This document shows positions 39,297 through 47,267 of a stretch of 64,000 bases of DNA, piece by piece. The position numbers and the translations under genes are program-made. The stretch's first letter is position 1; every line of letters starts with the position of its first letter. The DNA is from Thermodesulfobacteriota bacterium. Its GTDB lineage: Bacteria > Desulfobacterota > Binatia > Bin18. The stretch is from NCBI GenBank assembly GCA_964291405.2, contig OZ219926.1, positions 3,712,001 through 3,776,000 of the forward strand, written 5' to 3'. The notes beneath the pieces are model-generated. The model had not been told where the DNA came from and made no database searches. It worked only from the letters and a program-made list of their open reading frames with translations.

Positions 39297-39779
39297 TCAG
39301 CTTCCCTCAACACAGGCCGCGGCCGTGACAACGACTTCCGCGCTTGCCATCCAGGCTGTTCCGTCATTCATGACCGCAACCGCAACAACCTGCTGGGTGC
39401 CGGCCAGTCGAATCCGGGTGTGGACCTCGGCCCGTCCGGCTCGTGGTCCAAGTGAGAAGCGGGCAATAACCGGTCTGGGGTTTTTTTCAGAAAAAATATG
39501 AATCCGCTGCACATGGGCCTGCGATGTCATCGGACTCTCAACCTGAACCCGCAGCCGGACGGAGTGGCCACTTTCGGCCAGGGTTGGCAGGGTCAGTGAG
39601 ACGCGACCGACCTGGGGCATCACCCCTCCGGCTGCCTCACGAATGAGCGGCACGAGCTTCTCGGGAAGAGCGTCTGCCGAACGCGCCTTCCCGAGCGGCA
39701 CGAGCAGGTAGCCCAGGGAACCAAGCAGACCAACGAGCACATGTCGCCGTGACAGACGATTAGGCCGGGCGTAAATCAT
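39297..39779 (-). CDS. soxY: SoxY paralogue with an AAC-type C-terminal arm
   Basis: Tat SRRHVL; LPTLAESG, EKNPRP, TRIRLAGTQQVVAVA; ends VVVTAAACVEGS instead of GGCGG. Confidence 0.85.
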   Translation of the reverse strand: MIYARPNRLSRRHVLVGLLGSLGYLLVPLGKARSADALPEKLVPLIREAAGGVMPQVGRVSLTLPTLAESGHSVRLRVQVESPMTSQAHVQRIHIFSEKNPRPVIARFSLGPRAGRAEVHTRIRLAGTQQVVAVAVMNDGTAWMASAEVVVTAAACVEGS

Positions 39780-41940
39780 GATTCTTTAACGGCAACGAAC
39801 GAATGCGCCTGCCAGTTGCCGCAAAGATGGCATTACACAGCGCCGGTGCAAGCGGGGCCATGCCCGGCTCGCCCACGCCACCCCAAAAACCGCCGGTCGG
39901 CTTGAGGATCACCTCAACCGTGGGCATCTCGGCTATCCGCATCATCCGGTAGTCATGAAAATTTGACTGTTCAACCCGGCCCTCCTTAATGGTGATCTCT
40001 CCGTACAGCGCGGCTGTCAGGCCGTAGACCACGCTACCTTCGAGTTGAGCCCGGACCGAGTCGGGATTGGCCACATAGCCGCAGTCAATACCGACAACCA
40101 CGCGATGGATGGTCAACTCACCTGAGACATTGACCGAGGCCTCAATGACCGCCGCAGTATAGCTTTCGTAGGAGTCCTGCACGGCAATCCCGCGGTGTAC
40201 GCCTTCCGGCAGAGGGCTATCCCATCCGGCGGCCTCAGCGACCGCGTCCAGAATGGCCAAGTCCTTCGACGCCTGAGGGGTCTGGAGGAGTACGCGTCGA
40301 AATTGGTACGGGTCCTGTCCGGCCGCATGGGCTAACTCATCAATAAAACTCTCCCGAAAGAACGGATTATGGGTGTGCGCCACCGCCCGCCACGGCCCTG
40401 GCGGCACGTGGGTGTTACGCATGGCGTATTCCATATGCATGTTCGGAAAGGCATACGGCGTGTCGGCAAAGGTCCGAACACCGACGATATCAACCCCGTC
40501 CCGAATCAGATGAGGGCGGACTGCACTGAAAATCGACTGCTCGGCCTGGCGCACGGTCCAGGCGGTTGGTTCTCCGGCCGCGTTGAGCGCGGCTCTCATG
40601 CGAACCAGGGCTACCGGCCGATAGCGACCGTGCTGGATATCCTCTTCTCTGGACCAGATCAATTGCACCGGGGTGCCGGACATGGTTTTGGCAATCCTGA
40701 CAGCCTGGCGAACAAACTCGATATACAGCCCGCGCCGCCCGAACCCTCCCCCGAGATGAACCTTGTGGACCTCGACCCGACTCACCGGAACGTCCGCGGT
40801 TTCAGCGGTCACGGCCGCGGTGGCCTCACTGTTCTGGGCCGGTGCCCAGACGTCAACCCGCTTGTCCGTATACAGCGCCGTGCAGTTCTGCGGTTCCATG
40901 GTGGCGTGCTCAAGATAGGGGGCATAATAGTCGGCTTCGATCGTTGTGGCCGCGTCGGAAAACGCGCTGTCGATATCGCCTTCCTGACGTGAGACCGGTG
41001 CCTTTTCGAGTTGTATGCCCTCGCGCAGAAACTCCAGGATGCTGTCGCTGCTAACCTGAGCGTGCTCCCCAAAATCCCACTCAATCGGCAGCGCACGGAG
41101 CGCCTGCTGCGCGTTCCACCAGCTCTCTTTGGCAACAACGACGACCGCGTCTTCCAGAGGAACGACCTTGACCACCCCGCGCATGTCGGCAATTTTTTTT
41201 GCGTCTACGCCTTTCAGGCTGCCGCCGAACACCGGACACTGGGCAATCGCGGCATAGACCATGCCGGGCAGCCGGGTATCAATCGCAAACGCGGTCTTGC
41301 CAGTGACCTTATCCGGGATGTCGAACCGGGCGGCCGGTTGGCCCAAAAGGGTCCAGTCTGCGGGGTCTTTGAGCAGTGGATTTTCCGGAATGTCGAGCGT
41401 GGCTGCCTCGGCCGCCACCGCCCCGAAGCTGAGTTGTTGCTGGGTTGGGATATGGGTGATGAGGCTGTTCTCGGCGACACATTCCGCGACCGGCACACCC
41501 CAGCGCTGCGCGGCCGCGGCGGTCAACATCAGCCGGGCCGCGGCTCCGGCGGTACGCAGATAGTCCTGGCTGTCCCGGATCGACCGGCTGCCGCCGGTGA
41601 GCATGGTGCGAAAAATCCGATTACGCCGCAGATGTTCGCTGGTTGACGCATATTCGGCCTGTACCTTACTCCAGTCACAGGCCAACTCTTCGGCAACCAG
41701 CATGGGCAGGCCGGTAAAATTACCCTGGCCCATTTCCACCCGTGCCACGCGAATGATGATGGTATCATCCGGTCGAATCAGGACCCAGGCGGTCACTTCG
41801 GGACTGGTCTCAACCTGAGCACTCGCCTGCTCCGCCTCTGCCGCAGAAGACTTGGGAAGTGTCACTTCCAGGAGCAGTCCACCCCCGACCGCGGCCGAGC
41901 GTAACAAAAACGAACGACGGGACATATGTTTCATCGGCAC
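39760..41940 (-). CDS. Xanthine oxidase-family molybdopterin subunit (IorB / aldehyde oxidoreductase large subunit type), Tat-exported
   Basis: SRRSFL Tat motif, EMGQG, TGGSRS, HATMEPQNC, GGGFGRR, WSREEDIQ, WRAV, AQLEG, SNFHDY, GGVGEP. Confidence 0.92.
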   Translation of the reverse strand: MPMKHMSRRSFLLRSAAVGGGLLLEVTLPKSSAAEAEQASAQVETSPEVTAWVLIRPDDTIIIRVARVEMGQGNFTGLPMLVAEELACDWSKVQAEYASTSEHLRRNRIFRTMLTGGSRSIRDSQDYLRTAGAAARLMLTAAAAQRWGVPVAECVAENSLITHIPTQQQLSFGAVAAEAATLDIPENPLLKDPADWTLLGQPAARFDIPDKVTGKTAFAIDTRLPGMVYAAIAQCPVFGGSLKGVDAKKIADMRGVVKVVPLEDAVVVVAKESWWNAQQALRALPIEWDFGEHAQVSSDSILEFLREGIQLEKAPVSRQEGDIDSAFSDAATTIEADYYAPYLEHATMEPQNCTALYTDKRVDVWAPAQNSEATAAVTAETADVPVSRVEVHKVHLGGGFGRRGLYIEFVRQAVRIAKTMSGTPVQLIWSREEDIQHGRYRPVALVRMRAALNAAGEPTAWTVRQAEQSIFSAVRPHLIRDGVDIVGVRTFADTPYAFPNMHMEYAMRNTHVPPGPWRAVAHTHNPFFRESFIDELAHAAGQDPYQFRRVLLQTPQASKDLAILDAVAEAAGWDSPLPEGVHRGIAVQDSYESYTAAVIEASVNVSGELTIHRVVVGIDCGYVANPDSVRAQLEGSVVYGLTAALYGEITIKEGRVEQSNFHDYRMMRIAEMPTVEVILKPTGGFWGGVGEPGMAPLAPALCNAIFAATGRRIRSLPLKNHDLRPA

Positions 41941-41944
41941 GTCT

Positions 41945-42418
41945 TTATCCTTTCATTTCGTCGTTCGAGCCAGATTTTTTGGCGGCCGTATGAATGGCGG
42001 CCCGAATACGCGTATACGTTCCGCACCGACAGATATTCGTTACGGCTTCGTTGATATCAGCGTCGGTTGGCTGAGGCTTTTTCTTCAGCAGCGCCGCGGC
42101 TGACATGATCATACCGGTCTGACAATACCCGCACTGCGGCACTTGATGCGTAATCCATGCCTGTTGTAAGGGGTGGCTGCCATCTGTAGAGAGCCCTTCT
42201 ATGGTCGTAATCTTCTTGCCCGCGGCAATAGAGACTGGTATGACGCACGAGCGCACCGGTTCACCGTCCAGATGGACGGTACAGGCTCCACACAGGGACA
42301 TGCCACAGCCGAATTTCGCCCCGGTCAGTCCCAGGATATCGCGCAAAACCCACAGCAGCCGCATGTTCGAGCTGACATCAACGCTGTGTTCCGTTCCGTT
42401 CACGGTCAGTGAAATCAT
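41945..42418 (-). CDS. [2Fe-2S]-binding small subunit (IorA/CoxS type)
   Basis: [38 protein letters not shown]. Confidence 0.95.
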   Translation of the reverse strand: MISLTVNGTEHSVDVSSNMRLLWVLRDILGLTGAKFGCGMSLCGACTVHLDGEPVRSCVIPVSIAAGKKITTIEGLSTDGSHPLQQAWITHQVPQCGYCQTGMIMSAAALLKKKPQPTDADINEAVTNICRCGTYTRIRAAIHTAAKKSGSNDEMKG

Positions 42419-42447
42419 GCTGACTCCTTATCACCTCAACGCTTGCC

Positions 42448-44397
42448 TCACTTACACACGTGTGGACTCGGCGGCACGTCTAAAGCAGGGCTGCGTTCAA
42501 AAAAGCCCACCGGCATCAGACTGAAGCCGGCATACTCGACCGGCATCACCGGCCAATCTTCGGGTCGCGGAATATGAGTGAGGCCAAAGGTATGCCAGAC
42601 AACGATATCGGTGTTCTCGATATTGCGTCCACGTGAATAGCGAAGCAGGCCCTCACCGCCGGGGCTCTGAAGCGTGATGTCGCCGGCCGCGCTGAGTTCG
42701 TCCGGCGTAAACGCGGTGACCCACAGATTATGCTGGGCAAACCCGGCCCGCTGCCCCACATAGGAGTCCGCCTGGGCAAACAGCGTCGGCGTCGCGCCAG
42801 CAAGCAGCTTATAGCCGACCGGCACCCCCAGCCGGTTTGTCCGTTGCGGGTTGACGATCTTCCAACTCCGGCTGGCCCGCGGGTCAATATCCCGCCGCGC
42901 CTCATCCTCGGATGCCAGGAGCGTCGTCTTGGCGCGGAACTGCGTCCCGTGCGGATTGTCCGGTCCGTGCGGCACGGGTTCGACATCGACCTCGTAGACC
43001 GAGTTGTGCTCACCGTCCACATCAAAATCGAGCCGAAAACAGAACAGATGCTGGTGAATTGGGGAGGCCAGGTTAGGCGCAATCAGCGGAGCGAACTCGG
43101 GCTGCTCGGCCCCGGTTTCAACCGCGCTGACACCGACGATACCGGTCAGTTTGACCTCCATCTGAATCGTACCGTCCAGATACAAATACCAGAAGAAGCC
43201 ATACTCATAATTCCCGACCGTAAAGAACGAGCTGACCACCAAACGTCGCGAGCGCCGAACTTCCGTGGTCGCGGACAGCAGGTCCCGGTGCTTCCACAGT
43301 ACGCCGTAATCTTCTTCGTGCATGCAGATGGCGTTTTCGATCGTATAGACAGAACCGTCGGCCAGCAGCGTGGGCATATCAAAGTAATAGATTTCGCCCA
43401 GACAATCGCAGCCCAGGGTGAGTGAATTGGCCAGATTGCCCACACTCGCTTCGCTGGCATCCAGCACGTGTTTCCAGGTGTGCATGGGGTCGCGGTCGCC
43501 ATAGGGCACCACCATGTCCGCCAGCGATGCCCGATACAGGATGGACCGCCGCTCCCCGGCATCGTCATAACTCAGGGTATGCAGGACCAGGCCGTGCTGG
43601 GGGTGCATACCGACCCGGAACGACCATTTCTGCCATTCCACCGCGTATCCATCGACGCGGAAACTCGGCCCCTCGGGTTGGGTAATGGAAAGAGGTTTCA
43701 GGTCGGCCCGCAGTGAAGGCTGATGGCCGGCCTCGTACCGCCCGCTCTCCGGCGGCAGGGCGACCGCGCCGTGGTCTTCCAGATGGACCACCCGGCCCGC
43801 GGTCAGGTCCACGTGGGCAATCAGACCCTGGAGCGGACGGGCATAGCCGTTGTCGGTTTTGTCCTCACGCACAAAGGCAATCGTCCGGGCCAGGCGATGG
43901 GTAGGGTCCACGCCGTTGGGGAGCGGGCCACTGCCCGGCCACATATCGATTTGCACCCGGCGCATATCCTCGATGCCGCGCCGTCTCACCGCGGCCTGCC
44001 AGGCGGGGTCGGCTTTGGTGAGCTTGATCGATAGCATGAGGTCCATTCCCCCAAACGGCACTTGGCCGCTGCTGAGACGCTGCACCTCAAGCAGTTCTCC
44101 CGTCGTGATATTAACCCGCGCCGCAAAACTGCCGGCCTGCCTGCCGTTGGCGTACTCGTCCACCCCCAGGAAGCGTAGCACCCGGGCAAAAGGCACGCCT
44201 GGGGTAAAGGCCTTGACCTCATCCTTGGGCGGCTCCACCAGACTGACGCTGGAGAAGGCGACCTGACCGCTCAGTTCGCCCGAGCCTTTGAGGATGGCCA
44301 CGCCGCGCTCAATCTCGCTCTGGCTCAGCGGCTCCAGGGGATGCGTGGGGGCGGTCTGCACGTGGTCTTCCTGTATATTCTGTATGGCGCTGGTCAT
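42448..44397 (-). CDS. Copper/topaquinone primary amine oxidase (Arthrobacter AGAO type, no signal peptide)
   Basis: HPLEPL, NGYARP, LGCDCLG, CMHEED, TVGNYEYG (TPQ tyrosine consensus), HQH and HIPRPEDWPVMP copper ligands. Confidence 0.95.
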   Translation of the reverse strand: MTSAIQNIQEDHVQTAPTHPLEPLSQSEIERGVAILKGSGELSGQVAFSSVSLVEPPKDEVKAFTPGVPFARVLRFLGVDEYANGRQAGSFAARVNITTGELLEVQRLSSGQVPFGGMDLMLSIKLTKADPAWQAAVRRRGIEDMRRVQIDMWPGSGPLPNGVDPTHRLARTIAFVREDKTDNGYARPLQGLIAHVDLTAGRVVHLEDHGAVALPPESGRYEAGHQPSLRADLKPLSITQPEGPSFRVDGYAVEWQKWSFRVGMHPQHGLVLHTLSYDDAGERRSILYRASLADMVVPYGDRDPMHTWKHVLDASEASVGNLANSLTLGCDCLGEIYYFDMPTLLADGSVYTIENAICMHEEDYGVLWKHRDLLSATTEVRRSRRLVVSSFFTVGNYEYGFFWYLYLDGTIQMEVKLTGIVGVSAVETGAEQPEFAPLIAPNLASPIHQHLFCFRLDFDVDGEHNSVYEVDVEPVPHGPDNPHGTQFRAKTTLLASEDEARRDIDPRASRSWKIVNPQRTNRLGVPVGYKLLAGATPTLFAQADSYVGQRAGFAQHNLWVTAFTPDELSAAGDITLQSPGGEGLLRYSRGRNIENTDIVVWHTFGLTHIPRPEDWPVMPVEYAGFSLMPVGFFERSPALDVPPSPHVCK

Positions 44398-44438
44398 ACT
44401 GGTTTCTCCTTTAGTAACGTGCCATCAGGGCGACCCGT

Positions 44439-45185
44439 TCAGCGTCCGCCCGAAATATCGTAGATCGTGGTGGTGACGTACGAGGCCTCATCCGTGCAGA
44501 TCCACACCACCAGATTGGCCACCTCTTCGGGCTCGCAGATACGCCCCAGGACCGTCTGCGCTTTGGCAATGGCTTCGGCCCGCTCAATGCCGATACTCGC
44601 TTCAAAAATTTCCGTCCGGGTAATTCCGGGCCGCACGCAACAGACCCGGATCCCCTCGGGTCCGACTTCCCTGGACAGGCCCATGGTAAAGGAATCAAGC
44701 GCACCCTTGCTGGAGGCGTAGACCACATCACCCGGCAGCCCACCGTACCGCGAGGAAATGGAGCCGACGTTGACGATCACGCCTCCGGCGCCACCACGTT
44801 TGGTGGACATACGTTTAATGGCCTCGCGAGCGCTTACGAACACGCCAAAGATATTGAGATTATAAACTCCCCGGATACGCTCCAACTTGGCGTCGACGAC
44901 CGCCGTCTCATAGTCGATCGCGGCATTATTCACCAGGGCGGTGACCGGGCCGAGTTCGGCATCGGTCCGGCGAAACAACTCAACAACGCCCTCTTCCGTT
45001 CCCACATCAGCTTGCACGGCAATCGCCCGTTGCCCGGCCTGGGTCACGTCGTGGACCACCTCTTCGGCCCGGTCCTTGGCACGCGCATAATTGACGCATA
45101 CGTCAAACCCGGCCCGCGCCGCTCGCCGTGAAATAGCGGCTCCAATGCCGCGACTTCCTCCCGTCACGATCATGACACCCGACAT
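44439..45185 (-). CDS. Short-chain dehydrogenase/reductase
   Basis: TGGSRGIG, LVNNA, YASSKG, VRPG. Confidence 0.92.
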   Translation of the reverse strand: MSGVMIVTGGSRGIGAAISRRAARAGFDVCVNYARAKDRAEEVVHDVTQAGQRAIAVQADVGTEEGVVELFRRTDAELGPVTALVNNAAIDYETAVVDAKLERIRGVYNLNIFGVFVSAREAIKRMSTKRGGAGGVIVNVGSISSRYGGLPGDVVYASSKGALDSFTMGLSREVGPEGIRVCCVRPGITRTEIFEASIGIERAEAIAKAQTVLGRICEPEEVANLVVWICTDEASYVTTTIYDISGGR

Positions 45186-45198
45186 CCTGTCTCCTTTT

Positions 45199-47265
45199 TT
45201 AGAGGGCAATCGTCAGCAGAGAACTGCCGTCGGCCTGGACGGTCAGCCGGTCAGCCGGGTTGACGACCACCGTGGTCGTGGCGAACTCAACGATAGCCGG
45301 GCCGGTGAGCTGGTCACCCGCCGCCAGCGCGTCGCCCTGATAAATGTCGGTTTCCACCTCGGCATTGACCCCGGCCATATAGGCCATGCGTCGGCTGGTC
45401 GGTTGTGGCCGGCCCGCGGCCTGTTTGGCCAGCCGCCCCTCGGGGGCGGGGCGGTTACCCGTGGCGGCGATCCGCCAGTGCAGGCACTCAATGGGCTGGT
45501 CGCGCATCGAATAGGTAAATCGCCGCTCGTGCTCGTCATGAAAGTCGGCTTCGAGTCGCCGCAAGAGGTCGGCGTCAATCGGTCCTTCTGGCAGCGGTAC
45601 CGTCAGGTTGTGAACCTGGCCCGGATAGCGTCCCTCCAGGTGCCGGGCGAACCGAACCTCTTCGGGCTGAAAGCCCTCCTCCTCAAGATGGGCGCCGCCC
45701 TCGGCGATCAAGTCGTCAAACACCCGGGCGATGTCCGTGGCAGCGCCTGACTGATTCGTATAGCAGTGGTGGAGGCGCACATAGTCATGCCGCACCGGCG
45801 TAACCGCCATACCGAACGCGCACAGCCCACCCGCGGAGCGCGGAATCAGCACCTCTCCGATCTCAAGCATGCGGGCCAACTCGGCCGCGTGCAGGCCACC
45901 CGCACCGCCGCCCGCAACCATGACATAGTCGCGAGGATCGATGCCGCGCTCAATCGAGACCGCTCGGATGGCCGAGGCCATATTCGAGTTCACGATGGTC
46001 AGGATGCCGGCCGCTGCCTCGCGGACGGACAGTCCCAACGGCGTGGCAATATGTTCGGCGATGGCCCGTTGTGCGAGGCTCTCGTCGAGGGAACGCCGTC
46101 CGCCCAGAAACGCACCGGGCGACATCCGCCCGACGGCCAGGTTGGCGTCGGTGACTGCGGGCGCACGGCCACCCCGGCCATAACAGGCCGGACCCGGCTG
46201 GGAACCTGCGCTCTGTGGTCCAACCCGCATCGCCTTGCCGCTGTCGAGCCAGGCAATGGAGCCGCCACCGGCGCCGATCGATAGCACTTCGACCCCATTC
46301 ACCCCGATAGGCTGGTGGGCAACCTTAATATCGGTTGACATGACCGGTTCGCTGTCGCGCAGCATGCAGACGTCGAAGCTGGTCCCGCCCATGTCGATAA
46401 TGATCAGCCGGTCGGGGGCTTTGGTATCCGAGGCGTAGTGCGCACCCGCGGCCGGTCCGGCCGCGGGACCCGAGGCCACCGCGTTGACAGGTCGGGCCAA
46501 AAGGTCCGGCACAGACGCACAGCCGCCGTTGACCTGCATGATCTGGGGCGGGTGGGGCAGGCCGCCGGCCACCATCTCTTTCTCAAAGGCGCGTAGATAG
46601 TCACCGATAATAGGCGCGATATAGGCCGACAGCACGGTTGCCGAGGTGCGTTCCCACTCGCGAATCTCCGGCAGGACATCGGAAGAGCACAGCACATCGA
46701 CGCCGGGCAGCTCCTCGCGCACGATCTCTGCGGTTCGTCTTTCGTGGCTCGGATCGACGATGGACCACAGATAGGCAACCGCCACCGCTTTGACGCCGTG
46801 GGCGCCGAGCCGCTGGGCCGCGACGCGAACCGCCTCTTCGTCGAGCGGCAGGACCTCGGAGCCGTCTGCGCCGGTACGCTCGGGAATGCCCAGACGCAAA
46901 TAGCGTGGAATAAAGTCCTCGGGCTTCTGGAGGTGGATGTTGAATCGCTCGGGCTTCCCGCCCCGGCCCAGATACATGATATCCCGGAGCCCCTGGGTAC
47001 ACAGCAGGCCAATGACCGGACCGTTGCGCTGTATCAGGGCGTTGGTCGCCATGGTCTGGCCGTGAACCAGAAATTCCGTCTCACGCAAAAGCTCTGCGAC
47101 CGTGGTCCCTGCTTCCCCGGCCATCCCGCTGAGCCCCCGCGTAATCGCGAGCAGCGGTTGGTCAGGAGTCGAGTCTTCTTTGTAGACGTGGAACCTGCCG
47201 TCGTCGCGCAGCAGGACCACATCGGTGAAGGTGCCGCCGATATCGATACCGACTCGATGCCCCAT
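45199..47265 (-). CDS. Hydantoinase A/oxoprolinase-family ATP-binding subunit (HyuA/CapA-like)
   Basis: IDIGGTFTD, TMATNAL, EIREWERT, SGPAAG, DMGGTSFD, GAGGGSIA, PGPACYG, GGAGGLH. Confidence 0.93.
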   Translation of the reverse strand: MGHRVGIDIGGTFTDVVLLRDDGRFHVYKEDSTPDQPLLAITRGLSGMAGEAGTTVAELLRETEFLVHGQTMATNALIQRNGPVIGLLCTQGLRDIMYLGRGGKPERFNIHLQKPEDFIPRYLRLGIPERTGADGSEVLPLDEEAVRVAAQRLGAHGVKAVAVAYLWSIVDPSHERRTAEIVREELPGVDVLCSSDVLPEIREWERTSATVLSAYIAPIIGDYLRAFEKEMVAGGLPHPPQIMQVNGGCASVPDLLARPVNAVASGPAAGPAAGAHYASDTKAPDRLIIIDMGGTSFDVCMLRDSEPVMSTDIKVAHQPIGVNGVEVLSIGAGGGSIAWLDSGKAMRVGPQSAGSQPGPACYGRGGRAPAVTDANLAVGRMSPGAFLGGRRSLDESLAQRAIAEHIATPLGLSVREAAAGILTIVNSNMASAIRAVSIERGIDPRDYVMVAGGGAGGLHAAELARMLEIGEVLIPRSAGGLCAFGMAVTPVRHDYVRLHHCYTNQSGAATDIARVFDDLIAEGGAHLEEEGFQPEEVRFARHLEGRYPGQVHNLTVPLPEGPIDADLLRRLEADFHDEHERRFTYSMRDQPIECLHWRIAATGNRPAPEGRLAKQAAGRPQPTSRRMAYMAGVNAEVETDIYQGDALAAGDQLTGPAIVEFATTTVVVNPADRLTVQADGSSLLTIAL

Positions 47266-47267
47266 GT

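Noticed and set aside
36098-39779. Canonical thiosulfate-oxidising Sox operon
   Set aside because: No soxB or soxCD in the window, SoxY lacks GGCGG and the SoxA active-site motif is altered, so lithotrophic thiosulfate oxidation cannot be claimed
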